DNA from: Verrucomicrobiota bacterium | Lineage (GTDB): Bacteria; Verrucomicrobiota; Verrucomicrobiia; Limisphaerales; AAA164-E04 | NCBI GenBank assembly: GCA_040264395.1 | Contig: JBDQII010000001.1 | Coordinates: forward strand, 1-48,986 | Direction: 5' to 3' | Length of the DNA stretch: 48,986 nucleotides | In this document: positions 37,496-47,518 of the stretch, one piece after another | How positions within the stretch are numbered: position 1 is the stretch's first letter | Layout: every line of letters starts with the position of its first letter | Made by a program: the position numbers and the translations under genes | The notes under the pieces: model-generated | What the model was told of the DNA's origin: nothing | Database searches by the model: none | Seen by the model: the letters and a program-made list of their open reading frames with translations, nothing else

Positions 37496-38182
37496 TTACC
37501 GTCGCTTGAGAAATACTTCAGTCTGATATTTCTCTTTGACCAAACGCTTAATCGTTTGTTTGTGCTGATTATCTAGGCTCATTTGGCCCCATTTGATTCC
37601 ATGTAATTTAGCACCGGTCTCTCTCATCGATTCTGACCACGCAGATTGCCTGTCTGGAATAGTTTGATCTGGAATTTGAATGGATCCCTGGATCAACAGT
37701 CCTTTGCGGGTTCTACGCTGAGCAGCTCCTGCAATTTTGAATCCATTCAATAATATGTCATTCTCCTCGGCACCCAGAAAGCACTGCCCTGGTCCGTTGG
37801 GGATGGCTTGATTGGCCAGTTTGGATGGAATGTTCAGGTCATTCAAAGCCTGATTTACCCAGCGGTGAATCCGACAATAACTTTCACAAGCTTTTAACCG
37901 ATACCATTCATGATGATCGGGGATGGCAACACTGTAGGTCCAATCCGCCACATGTGAAACCAATCCGCCCCCCGTAGGACGGCGAACCAGAGGTCGAACA
38001 GGTGTCCATGAGGCGATGTCTTCATAGGCTTGAAAATATCCGAATGAGACAGCTTCCCTGTCCCAGGAATAAAAGCGCATGATGGGTCGTCCTGTCTGTC
38101 CCACCCATTGGAGCAGGCATTCATCCGCCCCCATGTTGATCCACGGTGTATCTGGTTGCGATATGAGCAGTCCCCAATCCAT
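37496..38182 (-). CDS. Biotin/lipoate A/B protein ligase family protein (LplA/LipB-like)
   Basis: RRPTGGGLV.H, and FKIAGAAQRRTRKGLLIQGSI carrying the catalytic Lys context. Confidence 0.65.
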   Translation of the reverse strand: MDWGLLISQPDTPWINMGADECLLQWVGQTGRPIMRFYSWDREAVSFGYFQAYEDIASWTPVRPLVRRPTGGGLVSHVADWTYSVAIPDHHEWYRLKACESYCRIHRWVNQALNDLNIPSKLANQAIPNGPGQCFLGAEENDILLNGFKIAGAAQRRTRKGLLIQGSIQIPDQTIPDRQSAWSESMRETGAKLHGIKWGQMSLDNQHKQTIKRLVKEKYQTEVFLKRR

Positions 38183-38260
38183 GGTCCTGACTATGAATAT
38201 TACTGAGGTGTGTTCAAGTTATCTCTGTTCTCAAAGGCATGAATCCGTCAAACTGATCAT

Positions 38261-39343
38261 ATGCACACTCCGCTGGAGTCATATCTGCATCAATTGATTC
38301 AGGAAAATGGACCGATCCCTTTTGATCGTTTCATGAACGAGGCCTTGTACCATCCACAATGGGGTTATTATGAATCGAAGCAAACCCTTATCGGAAAAGG
38401 AGGCGACTTTCAAACAAGCGTCAGTAATGGACCGATTTTCGGAGAACTACTCGCTCGACAATTCTTGGATTGGTCCGTGATAGATTCAACAACTCAGTGG
38501 TTGGAATGCGGTGCTCATCACGGTCAGTTGGCTGAAGACATCCTTGAAACCATGGCAAGCATGGATTCTGAGAAAGCGCAGCAAATAACGTATCTGATCT
38601 TTGAACCTTCAAGCAAACGCCGTTCCATCCAGCAAGAACGACTGAAACGTTTTGGTCCCAATGTGAGCTGGGTTTCCAACTGGGGTGAAGTGAAAACTCG
38701 ATTCAGGCAAGGTGTGATTTTTTCCAATGAATTACTCGATGCATTTCCAACCAAAAGATTTGAATGGGATGCATCATCAGATGGCTGGCTCGAATTTTTT
38801 GTGAGTGGCAACCAAGATCAATTTCAATGGCACTTGCAGCCAACGGACCAGGAGGTTCCCGAAACCCTGTTATCGAAAGCAGAATTCCAACAACTGAAAA
38901 CCATATTGCCGGATCATTACACAATCGAACGATCTCTGGTCGCAGAAAAATGGTGGCATAAAGCGGCGAAGCATCTTAATCGCGGTCATCTCGTCACCAT
39001 TGATTACGGTTTTGTGAATAGATTTGAGAAATTTGCACCGCAACGCAGCAACGGAACCTTGCGAACTTACAGCCGACACCGAGTGGGAGATGATGTACTG
39101 AGCAACCCAGGGCAAGTAGATTTAACCGCTCATGTCGATTTTCCTTCGCTCAAGAAAATCGGAGAAGATCAAGGACTGAAAACAGAAGGGCTCATTTCTC
39201 AGGAAAAATTCATGCACGGTTGCCTTGAAAAGGCGATCATTCAGGGGATGCAACTGTCTCCCAAACAAATGGCACAGTTTCGAACACTCATGCACCCCGA
39301 GCATTTCGGTAAATCTTTCAAAGTACTTATTCAAAGCAAGTAG
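38261..39343 (+). CDS. SAM-dependent methyltransferase, MidA/NDUFAF7 (DUF185) family
   Basis: GGDFQTSVSNGPIFGELLA, ECGAHHGQLAEDIL, FSNELLDAFP, VTIDYG and PGQVDLTAHVDF. Confidence 0.75.
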   Translation: MHTPLESYLHQLIQENGPIPFDRFMNEALYHPQWGYYESKQTLIGKGGDFQTSVSNGPIFGELLARQFLDWSVIDSTTQWLECGAHHGQLAEDILETMASMDSEKAQQITYLIFEPSSKRRSIQQERLKRFGPNVSWVSNWGEVKTRFRQGVIFSNELLDAFPTKRFEWDASSDGWLEFFVSGNQDQFQWHLQPTDQEVPETLLSKAEFQQLKTILPDHYTIERSLVAEKWWHKAAKHLNRGHLVTIDYGFVNRFEKFAPQRSNGTLRTYSRHRVGDDVLSNPGQVDLTAHVDFPSLKKIGEDQGLKTEGLISQEKFMHGCLEKAIIQGMQLSPKQMAQFRTLMHPEHFGKSFKVLIQSK

Positions 39344-39491
39344 GAATCACAGTCCAATCTTTTGAAATCAAATGGTAAGTAAACACCCTCCCCATATTTT
39401 ACAGGCTGCGCGCAATTGAAAAAGGCATTCTCCTCAGGCAGGAATATGGGAACAATTGGGACCGGCTCCCTTCTTGTTTCCAATAAATGAA

Positions 39492-39884
39492 CTAAACTGG
39501 GCCATTGACGGAAGGTGCCACTTTTTTTACAGCATTTTGAGTCGAGCTTGAATGATTGGATTCACTCAAATAATCCGCAACTGCCGTGTGCAGTGATTTG
39601 GTTTCAATGCGTTGACGTGGGCTCAAATCATTTTGAACGCGCAGTGCTTCGAGTTTAGAAAGAGCCATTTCCAAATCATGATCCGAGACCGCCTTGAGAA
39701 CTTCATGGGCCAGTTTGATGGAATCTTCCCCGAGAGCCACCATCCCTTTCAAAGGTTCGATCTTTTCCTCAAAGGCTTCGTTAAAGCCATAGGTATCCAC
39801 CGGGGAAACGATTTTGCCACACCCTATGTTGCCAGTAATAAGAGCCATCCATAACCCTCCAAATATCAAATTCCGAATATTCAT
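39492..39884 (-). CDS. Hypothetical small exported or lipoprotein-like protein
   Basis: 130-codon ORF with the hydrophobic N-terminus LIFGGLWMALITGNIGCG. No family recognised. Confidence 0.5.
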   Translation of the reverse strand: MNIRNLIFGGLWMALITGNIGCGKIVSPVDTYGFNEAFEEKIEPLKGMVALGEDSIKLAHEVLKAVSDHDLEMALSKLEALRVQNDLSPRQRIETKSLHTAVADYLSESNHSSSTQNAVKKVAPSVNGPV

Positions 39885-39994
39885 TTTCCAGAATGTTGTA
39901 ACAGCATAAGTGCTGCCAAGTTGCGGTTTAAAAAAATTTTAGCCGATCATTCACTTTCTGGACTTGTGGAAACGTCTTTCGCTATGATGAAGTG

Positions 39995-40819
39995 ATGTCA
40001 GGACTTGAAGATCATGCAGGCGATATCGTGCGTAAATCTCGAATGGGGTTGGGTGTTTCTGCAGCCGATGTGGTAGAAGTTACAGGACTTTCTCAGAAGG
40101 CTTTGGAGCAGTTTGAGTCCGAAGGCAGTGTGCAAGAGGAAATCCAATGGGAACCACTGTGCCAGAGACTTCAGCTTCATCCTGAAAAATTCAAAACTAT
40201 TTTTGGTGGATGGACACCCAGACCTCTTCCAGATGACAAAATACCTCAAATCAGGCAAATCGCGACGGATGACGGTGGCATGGAGGTGAATGCTTATCTG
40301 GTATGGGATCCCGATTCCCGTGAAGCAGCCTTGTTTGACACAGGATGGAACTCAGACCCCATTAAAGAATGCATCCATCGAGAAGGTCTCGCGCTGAAAA
40401 GTCTGTTCATCACGCATCAACATCATGATCATATAGCTGCCATGACTCCCCTGCGTAAGCTGTATCCTTCCATGCAACTCTGGGCTCAGGGCCAAGGAGT
40501 ACCGCCCAAAAACCAGGTTTCCGAAGGGCAAATGTTTTCATTGGGTACACTGCAAATCCATGCACGCATGACGCCAGGACATGCATCAGATGGGGTGACA
40601 TATGTGATAGATGGGCTCTCAGGCGATTTTCCTCGAGCTGCGATCGTGGGTGATGCCATTTTTGCAGGTTCGATGGGTGGCGCACCAACTCATTTTGAAC
40701 TGGCCAAGACCAAAATCCGTGAGGTAATCCTGAGCCAGCCCCAACCTACTCTGATCTGTCCTGGACACGGGCCTTTAACCACATTGAAGGAAGAGCAGTC
40801 ACACAATCCCTTCTTTTAA
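39995..40819 (+). CDS. MBL-fold metallo-hydrolase (glyoxalase II-like) with a short HTH-like N-terminal segment
   Basis: ITHQHHDHIAA (the HxHxDH motif), TPGHASDG, GDAIFAGSMGG and CPGHGP. The N-terminal RKSRMGLGVSAADVVEVTGLSQKALEQFE looks XRE/HTH-like. Confidence 0.75.
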   Translation: MSGLEDHAGDIVRKSRMGLGVSAADVVEVTGLSQKALEQFESEGSVQEEIQWEPLCQRLQLHPEKFKTIFGGWTPRPLPDDKIPQIRQIATDDGGMEVNAYLVWDPDSREAALFDTGWNSDPIKECIHREGLALKSLFITHQHHDHIAAMTPLRKLYPSMQLWAQGQGVPPKNQVSEGQMFSLGTLQIHARMTPGHASDGVTYVIDGLSGDFPRAAIVGDAIFAGSMGGAPTHFELAKTKIREVILSQPQPTLICPGHGPLTTLKEEQSHNPFF

Positions 40820-40981
40820 GCAAAAAGACCCTTTCATCCCAACAAAAGATTTAATCCAACAAACCCAACCTGCCGGACAAGGCAAGATGCTTGCTCTCCG
40901 GTAATGGCCATGAATTCACCCTGAGAGCAATTAATCGGCAATTGCACTGGATTCAACCCTCATTGTCCTTAGAATAAGGGC

Positions 40982-42358
40982 ATGCTAATAACCGATTTAA
41001 ACCCATCCGAGGGTATAGGCGCGAGTGGGTGGATGGTAGAAATGGATGACTTCCGTATCCTGATGGATGCTGGTATCAATCCGAAGTTAATCGGTCATGC
41101 AAGTCTGCCTCTCTTTGACAAGGTGAAGGACGAACATGTCGATGCCATTGCGATCACGCATTGTCATCACGATCACGTGGGTTCACTCCCCGTCGCATTA
41201 AAACACTTTCCACAGGCGAACGTCATGATGACCGAGCTGAGCTATTTTATAGTTGAACGCGTATTGCATAACTCAGTGAATGTCATGCACAGGCAGCGTG
41301 AAGAAATAGGAGTCAAAGAATACCCATTTTTCAGCCATCGAGAACTCGATGAGATGGCTCATCTTTTTCAGGGCTATCGTTACAACCGAGAAATTGAATG
41401 GACCAACCCAGGAAAGAACCGCAAGGGAAAACAATCGCCAACACTTGAGTTTTTTGATGCCGGTCACGCCCTGGGGTCTGCAGGTATCATGTTGCGATCT
41501 TCCCATGAAACACTTTTCTATTCCGGTGATGTATGCTTTCAGGATCAAACCATTCTCAAAGGAGCAAGGTTCGACGATGTTTCAGCGGATGTTCTCATTC
41601 TGGAAACCACCCGTGGTGAAAGAGAAGTAGCCGAAGGGCAAAATCGTGACACCGAAATCGAGCGATTGACTCATGATATCCTGGAAGTCATCGAGCAGAA
41701 TGGATGCGTACTTATACCGACTTTTGCCTTAGGTCGTACTCAGGAAATCCTTGCTCTCCTGGCCTTGATGACGCAGAAGGGACAACTCAAGGAACAACCC
41801 ATCTTCATTGGTGGCATGGGGCGCGTGTTTACTGAAATATATGATCTGGAATCCCATCGCGCGCACCGTAACCACACCAACCTTCAATTGCATGAAGCGT
41901 TGAATTTGACTGTGCTGGATTACAAGAAACTCGAAAAAATCCGGCTCAAGGGAGGTAGATTATTTGTCATGACAGCTGGCATGATGAATGAAAACACCGC
42001 CGCACATGAGCTGGCCTTGCGCCTCGCCGGACAGGAACAACACGCCATCTTTTTTGTGGGTTATGCCGACCCATCCACTCCCGCAGGGCGATTGCGCGCC
42101 GCTGAACCTGGTAAGCCGTTTTTGTTCAGTGCTTCCGGGGGGGAGTTGACGCGGAATTGCAGAATGGAAGAATACGACCTCACAGCCCACGCCAACCGAG
42201 ATGAGCTATTGAGCTTTGTAGGTAAGGTTGATCCCAAGGTCGTGATTCTTGGGCATGGAGAACCTGCCTCCAAAGAATGGTTCGCAGAACAGATCCGATC
42301 TAAATACCCAAATACAGAGGTTCGCACGACCAAGCCGGGTAATCCGCTGGAGTGCTGA
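40982..42358 (+). CDS. MBL-fold / beta-CASP family hydrolase (RNA-processing nuclease-like)
   Basis: ITHCHHDHVGSLP, FDAGHALGSAG, LILETTRGE, the beta-CASP-like block PTFALGRTQEIL, a C-terminal AHA motif and VVILGHGE. Confidence 0.72.
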   Translation: MLITDLNPSEGIGASGWMVEMDDFRILMDAGINPKLIGHASLPLFDKVKDEHVDAIAITHCHHDHVGSLPVALKHFPQANVMMTELSYFIVERVLHNSVNVMHRQREEIGVKEYPFFSHRELDEMAHLFQGYRYNREIEWTNPGKNRKGKQSPTLEFFDAGHALGSAGIMLRSSHETLFYSGDVCFQDQTILKGARFDDVSADVLILETTRGEREVAEGQNRDTEIERLTHDILEVIEQNGCVLIPTFALGRTQEILALLALMTQKGQLKEQPIFIGGMGRVFTEIYDLESHRAHRNHTNLQLHEALNLTVLDYKKLEKIRLKGGRLFVMTAGMMNENTAAHELALRLAGQEQHAIFFVGYADPSTPAGRLRAAEPGKPFLFSASGGELTRNCRMEEYDLTAHANRDELLSFVGKVDPKVVILGHGEPASKEWFAEQIRSKYPNTEVRTTKPGNPLEC

Positions 42359-42558
42359 CGGCCGTAGGTGCTTTCAAGTTAAGAAACAGGCAACCCATGA
42401 AATGGCAACGCGCATCCCTTTTGAGATGCCCGCTTCAAGCCCGCACGAATTGCCACCGGAGGATACCATCCTCACCTTAATCTTGTTCCGTGGGCGCAAC
42501 AAGGATCGGGAACGATCTAAGCTATCTTTGTGTTGCTGTAAGTGAAGAGGATCTCCCC

Positions 42559-43338
42559 TCAGTGACCTTCTTCTTCCAGTCGTCCGCAAGCCCATAACAA
42601 TCCACGACCGACCGCAAGGATGAATGCCTTGTCGTGAAAGGTCGTATCATTGTGTCCGTAGGTCGTTCCGAAGATACGCGCGCCTCCAAACTCATTCACC
42701 CACATGACAGGGTGCGCCTTGCCATCACGCTCGCTGATGGAAATGGTGAGGGCCTGGGCTGTTGGCCAGAGTTTTTCGACGATATAAAGTTCGTCCTTGG
42801 GTGAAGTCCAATCTTCTGGAAAACCCTGCATGATGGGGTGATTGGGAGCGACTACCTGCACGGGGTATTCACTCTGATGGTCATGACGACGGCTGGTCAC
42901 TCCAAGAAATTGACGCCAATCATCGAAGGGAGCGGCTCGATAAGTATGCATCGCGCAATGAATCACCACTCCGGGAACACCCGCTTTGTGGGCTTCCGTG
43001 ATGCTCTTCACATAAGCCTCGTCTTTGGTATTGGCAAAACACTCGTTATGCACCACGACATCGAACTTCTTGGCCCAATCTGGATATTTGTAAAGATCAA
43101 TTTGTGCCTGAGTACCTCGGCCACCTTCATTGATGACGGTCCAAAGAATCTCTCCGTAAGGTTTTAAACCGTCTTTGAGCGCATCGGTCTGTGCCTTGTA
43201 GTTGTGACAGCATCCACCTGTGACAAGTAACGCTTTGATCGACTTGTCATGGGACTCATGGTGATCAGCAAGTGCAGAATACGCTAAAACTGCGGATACC
43301 AGTGCTGCTGCACTCGACAAAACTCTGGGAAATTTCAT
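42559..43338 (-). CDS. ThuA domain protein (secreted)
   Basis: Signal peptide, KALLVTGGCCHNY, GVPGVVIHCAMHTY, NHPIMQGFPEDW, DELY and GGARIFGTTYGH. Confidence 0.65.
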   Translation of the reverse strand: MKFPRVLSSAAALVSAVLAYSALADHHESHDKSIKALLVTGGCCHNYKAQTDALKDGLKPYGEILWTVINEGGRGTQAQIDLYKYPDWAKKFDVVVHNECFANTKDEAYVKSITEAHKAGVPGVVIHCAMHTYRAAPFDDWRQFLGVTSRRHDHQSEYPVQVVAPNHPIMQGFPEDWTSPKDELYIVEKLWPTAQALTISISERDGKAHPVMWVNEFGGARIFGTTYGHNDTTFHDKAFILAVGRGLLWACGRLEEEGH

Positions 43339-43459
43339 GGTGTTACCATGCAGAGTTCATGATGAAAAAACAAGCATCAAGACCCGGTCCACATCCCCAT
43401 CGCATCCACTGACCTCCAAGCAACGCAGAAAGAGAAGCGTTTACTTACCACCGCCGGAA

Positions 43460-44497
43460 TCACAGAGAACTTGTTTCAGATTGACGCTCAAGCAGTTGAT
43501 ACTGCTCCGAGAGCCGATTGTATAATCCATTCCACATGCTTGGGAAAGGACACGAAACAATGGTTCGCAGCATGATTTCATAAACTTCGCTCCGAAGAAC
43601 TTTGGCAGGTTTGGACTGGGGTGAAGGTGGATTGGCCAAAGGATGCAGCGTACGAATACCTAGGAGAATAGGCCAGGAACAGGACAAACGCACCCGAGTC
43701 CAGGACGTAGGAAGAGCCTGGGTATAAGTCCATCCGTCATTTAGACAATCCATCGCTAGTTTTATGTGAGCTTTCCAAAGAGATTTGAAAGCCGGATTTT
43801 CACCATTATTATGCTGAGGAGTCCAACCCGTAGGAGCCCATTTCTCTTTGGGAAGATAACAACGTCCCATAGATAAATCACCCTGGAAATCCCGTAGAAT
43901 ATTCACCATTTGAAGCCCCTGCCCGAATCTGATTCCAAGCCGCTCGAGTTCGTCCGGAGGCACAGAGGGGTTGCCCTTCAAATGAAGAAGACTCACGCGA
44001 GTCCAGAAAGCCCCCACGCAGCCTGCAACACGATAAGCATAATCCATCAGTTCATCGGAAGTCTCCAAACTGATAATTCCTTCACCCGTACTGCTGTGAA
44101 ATCTCTCCAGATCAAGTTGCTGCCCGGAAATGATGATCCCGAGAACTTCCTGAATCAGAAGCCGATTATTCTCAGGTGTCTGACGCAACAGATCGATGGC
44201 TTCATGGCATACCCGCAGGAGTTCCGCTTCGCTGTCGTCCTGCTGATGTTTCTCCAGATCCTTCATCACGGGTGCCGCGACGGCTTCGGACTGAATCGCA
44301 TTGCCAAAGGCACGGAGTAGTTCAAGTCGACGACTCGAGGGAACAAGCTCTGTATCTGCAATCGTGTCGGAGGCGCGTGCCAGCAGATAAGCAAGCCCGA
44401 TGGGTTCGCGCATGACCGAGGGAAGCACGCGCAGCGTCAGATAAAAGGAGCGTGAAACACGGCTCAGTAAATCGGTTAATAATAATGAACGATCCAT
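43460..44497 (-). CDS. Squalene/phytoene synthase family protein
   Basis: SRSFYLTLRVLP, YLLARASDTIAD (first DxxxD), GQGLQMVNILRDFQGDLSMGRCYLP (second Asp-rich region). Confidence 0.65.
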   Translation of the reverse strand: MDRSLLLTDLLSRVSRSFYLTLRVLPSVMREPIGLAYLLARASDTIADTELVPSSRRLELLRAFGNAIQSEAVAAPVMKDLEKHQQDDSEAELLRVCHEAIDLLRQTPENNRLLIQEVLGIIISGQQLDLERFHSSTGEGIISLETSDELMDYAYRVAGCVGAFWTRVSLLHLKGNPSVPPDELERLGIRFGQGLQMVNILRDFQGDLSMGRCYLPKEKWAPTGWTPQHNNGENPAFKSLWKAHIKLAMDCLNDGWTYTQALPTSWTRVRLSCSWPILLGIRTLHPLANPPSPQSKPAKVLRSEVYEIMLRTIVSCPFPSMWNGLYNRLSEQYQLLERQSETSSL

Positions 44498-44559
44498 TTC
44501 AATTGAACCTGGGCACTAAATATGAGGCCTGCAATCGAATATCCATGACATTCCGGCGG

Positions 44560-45972
44560 CTAACGCTTGAGACGTTTTTTCCAGAAAGTAAGCTGGCGTT
44601 TCACTTCCTTGATCCCCGGAGATCCAACCATCTGTCGACGTTCCATCGCACGCTCGGTATTGAAAACTTCAAGCGCTTGTCGAGTGAAGCGTTTGTCGAT
44701 TTTTTTGAGTTCGGAGATCTTCAGCTTATCCAGCGGACGGCCCAAAGTTTCAGATAAAGCGACAACAGCTCCCACCAAGTGGTGGGCCTCCCTGAATGCC
44801 ACTCCCTGCTCCACCAACCAATCCGCTAAATCTGTCGCCAGCAACGCAGGATCTTCAGCAGCATCATTGCATACATCCTCATGCAATTTGGTATGCGCTA
44901 TCATCCCCGTCATGATGCGAACACAGGCTCGCAGAGTGTCTGCTGTATCAAATAATCGTTCCTTGACTTCCTGAAGATCACGATTGTAGGTCATTGGCAA
45001 TCCCTTGAGCATGGTCAGCAAGGACACCAGGTTGCCCACAACCCTTCCTGATTTACCGCGGGTCAACTCCGCCATATCTGGATTTTTCTTTTGTGGCATG
45101 AGTGAAGAGCCCGTGGTGTATTCATCCGAAATCTGAATAAAATCAAATTCGGCACTCGACCATAGTATCAAATCCTCGGAAAGCCTGGATAAATGCACAG
45201 CCGCCAATGCGGCCGCTGAACAAAACTCAACTATGTAATCTCGATCACTGACAGCATCCATGGAGTTACGTGTGATCTGAGGCTCATCATCGATGTCAAC
45301 GAAGCCGAGCTCTTCTGCGACCATTTTACGATTCAGCTTCAAGGTCGAACCCGCCAGTGCCCCGCTACCCAGCGGGCAGACATTCACCCGCTCGAAGGCA
45401 TCACGAAACCGGCCCTTGTCGCGATCCAGCATTTCCACATACGCCAGTAGGTGGTGGGCCATGAATACTGGTTGAGCACGCTGCAAATGGGTATAACCGG
45501 GGATCAATGTCTGCTTGTTTCGCTCTCCGAGTTTGGTCAAAGCCTGCTGCAGTGCATGCAACTCACCCATCAAATCCACGATCTCCTCGCGCATCCACAT
45601 ACGCATGTCCAGAGCAACTTGATCGTTGCGTGATCGAGCCGTGTGCAATTTGGCTCCGGCGGGAAATCGCTTGGTCAATTCAGCTTCAATGTTCATGTGG
45701 ACATCTTCCAATTCCGTCTTCCATTCGAAATTTCCGTCTTCGATTTCCTCGCCTATTTTACCCAGACCTTCAATGATCTCTTCGAGCTCTTTGGCTGTTA
45801 AAACGCCTATCGATTTCAACATGCGTGCGTGCGCCATGGAACCGATGATGTCATGTTTCCATAATCGCCAGTCGTAGGAAACAGATTCTGAGAAAGCCAT
45901 GACTTCAGCAGCTGGCCCCTTGGCGAAGCGTCCACTGCGACTGACTGTTTTGGATGGTTGAGTAGTGCTCAT
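44560..45972 (-). CDS. argH: Argininosuccinate lyase
   Basis: W..D..GS.AHA.ML, TARSRNDQV, GYTHLQRAQP, and the fumarate-lyase signature GSSLMPQKKNPD. Confidence 0.95.
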   Translation of the reverse strand: MSTTQPSKTVSRSGRFAKGPAAEVMAFSESVSYDWRLWKHDIIGSMAHARMLKSIGVLTAKELEEIIEGLGKIGEEIEDGNFEWKTELEDVHMNIEAELTKRFPAGAKLHTARSRNDQVALDMRMWMREEIVDLMGELHALQQALTKLGERNKQTLIPGYTHLQRAQPVFMAHHLLAYVEMLDRDKGRFRDAFERVNVCPLGSGALAGSTLKLNRKMVAEELGFVDIDDEPQITRNSMDAVSDRDYIVEFCSAAALAAVHLSRLSEDLILWSSAEFDFIQISDEYTTGSSLMPQKKNPDMAELTRGKSGRVVGNLVSLLTMLKGLPMTYNRDLQEVKERLFDTADTLRACVRIMTGMIAHTKLHEDVCNDAAEDPALLATDLADWLVEQGVAFREAHHLVGAVVALSETLGRPLDKLKISELKKIDKRFTRQALEVFNTERAMERRQMVGSPGIKEVKRQLTFWKKRLKR

Positions 45973-45975
45973 GAT

Positions 45976-47463
45976 TCAGGATCCAACGGACTTTTTGATG
46001 GTCTTAAGTTGAGTAAATTCAGGTTTTGTTTTGTAATGTTCATCGAGAGGATAACAACCACTGATCATTCCATTGCGTGGCGCGGTTGTGCAATCGCTGA
46101 AAGTGCGACAGATCATTTTGGGAGTTAATGTTCCCTTGGTAGTCGCATCGGCAAGGATGTCCGGATAACTCAAGGTCATTCTTCCAAGGCCTACCATATC
46201 AGTCCACCCTTCACGCACATTATGCTGGGCCACATGAGGTAAATATTCCTGAAGATAGCTGTAGGCGGTACCTACGAACACCATGGATGCGGGGGCCTTG
46301 GATTTGATTTCCCGAACCACCTGAATCTGACGTTCAACGTCAATCAAAGGGTCGTGGGCAGGTTGATAACCGTCTGATGGAGGATAAGCCGCCGGCCGCT
46401 GAATATGTGGATTATAATAAGGCGAGCCAGCGCTCACGTTGAGTATCTTCACTCCAAGAGATGCACATAATTCAATAAACTGAAACGGCTCCGTGAGATC
46501 ATAAGCCTCAGGATGGTCTGGGTTCACACCAAAACCATATCGATAGGGCATACAATGGTCATAGGGCTCTGGAATTCCCGGCCCCAGCTTACCCGGTTTG
46601 GACAGCTCAGGGTTGGGTCGAAATGGAACAAAATCAAACGCGCTCAAGCGCACTCCAATATCAATGTTGTTTCCTGTGTTTCGAATCCCTTCGATGATCT
46701 CTCGCAGAATACGCGTCCTGTTTTCAAAAGAACCACCAAAGTCTCCCGGCCGAGTGAAAGCCCCAAGAAACTCATGGAGCAAATAACCATGACAATGTTT
46801 GATATCTACAAAATCAGCGCCTGCATCTCTGGCCACTTGTGCTGCCTCAACGTATTTCACAATGAGATCTCGGACGTCCTGGTCGGATAATATCTGATCG
46901 TCCGAGGTCACGTTGAATTTTTTGTCCAGGATAGGATGCCTGTAGGCAATACGTGATTCCCATCGCGTCTTTTCGTTTGGACGACAAAAACGACCCGAGT
47001 GTGTCAACTGAAACCCAATGACGAGGTCATCCGTATTGCCATAACGTTCATCGTGCGCCTTGGTCAGGGTATGGACCAGCGAGCCAAGACTTGCTTCCCG
47101 TCCTTTCTGAATGATCAGCTGGTTCGTATTCGCACGACCATCGGGGCGCACGGCCATGGCTTCCCCTCCGTATATTAGTTTGGCGCCACTGACACCGAAA
47201 CGATGCCACCGACGTACGACTTCTTCTGTAGGCTGACCCTCTGTGGTGCCATCCCAGCCTTCCATTGGATGAATAGCCCAACGGTTACCTATCGTCTTGC
47301 CATTGATGACCACGCTGTTGACGGGTTGTGTCAATGGCGAAGCGGTCCCGGCTTCGAGGTTATCGTCACAACGAATATCCAAGCCAAGTGACTGGACGTG
47401 ACTCCTGAAAGCCTCTGTTGTCTTGAGAGTTGGAATGCGAGTTATTTTAAAAGGTTCAGCCAT
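45976..47463 (-). CDS. NADH:flavin oxidoreductase (Old Yellow Enzyme-like FMN TIM barrel)
   Basis: IHPMEG, FQLTHSGR, GADFVDIKHCHGYLLHEFL, RPGDFGGSFENR, and GVRLS. The ATG at 47463 is preferred over the TTG at 47475. The stop lies 3 nt before the argH start. Confidence 0.75.
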   Translation of the reverse strand: MAEPFKITRIPTLKTTEAFRSHVQSLGLDIRCDDNLEAGTASPLTQPVNSVVINGKTIGNRWAIHPMEGWDGTTEGQPTEEVVRRWHRFGVSGAKLIYGGEAMAVRPDGRANTNQLIIQKGREASLGSLVHTLTKAHDERYGNTDDLVIGFQLTHSGRFCRPNEKTRWESRIAYRHPILDKKFNVTSDDQILSDQDVRDLIVKYVEAAQVARDAGADFVDIKHCHGYLLHEFLGAFTRPGDFGGSFENRTRILREIIEGIRNTGNNIDIGVRLSAFDFVPFRPNPELSKPGKLGPGIPEPYDHCMPYRYGFGVNPDHPEAYDLTEPFQFIELCASLGVKILNVSAGSPYYNPHIQRPAAYPPSDGYQPAHDPLIDVERQIQVVREIKSKAPASMVFVGTAYSYLQEYLPHVAQHNVREGWTDMVGLGRMTLSYPDILADATTKGTLTPKMICRTFSDCTTAPRNGMISGCYPLDEHYKTKPEFTQLKTIKKSVGS

Positions 47464-47518
47464 GCTAATTATCAAAGATTCAGGTTATTGGATTTGAAGT
47501 CACCGCAGGTTGAATACA

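Noticed and set aside
42459-42473. A hairpin, GAGGAT-ACC-ATCCTC, in the 200-bp convergent spacer between the beta-CASP and ThuA genes.
   Set aside because: The stem is only 6 bp and no T/U tract follows on either strand. That is too weak to call an intrinsic terminator.
44567-44974. A 135-aa ORF antisense to argH. There are similar long antisense ORFs elsewhere, for example 135-590, 3629-4406, 14265-14801, 16142-16549 and 36765-37163.
   Set aside because: These are shadow ORFs lying inside strongly supported genes on the opposite strand. Their translations are low-complexity (Ser/Arg/Pro-rich) and carry no motifs.
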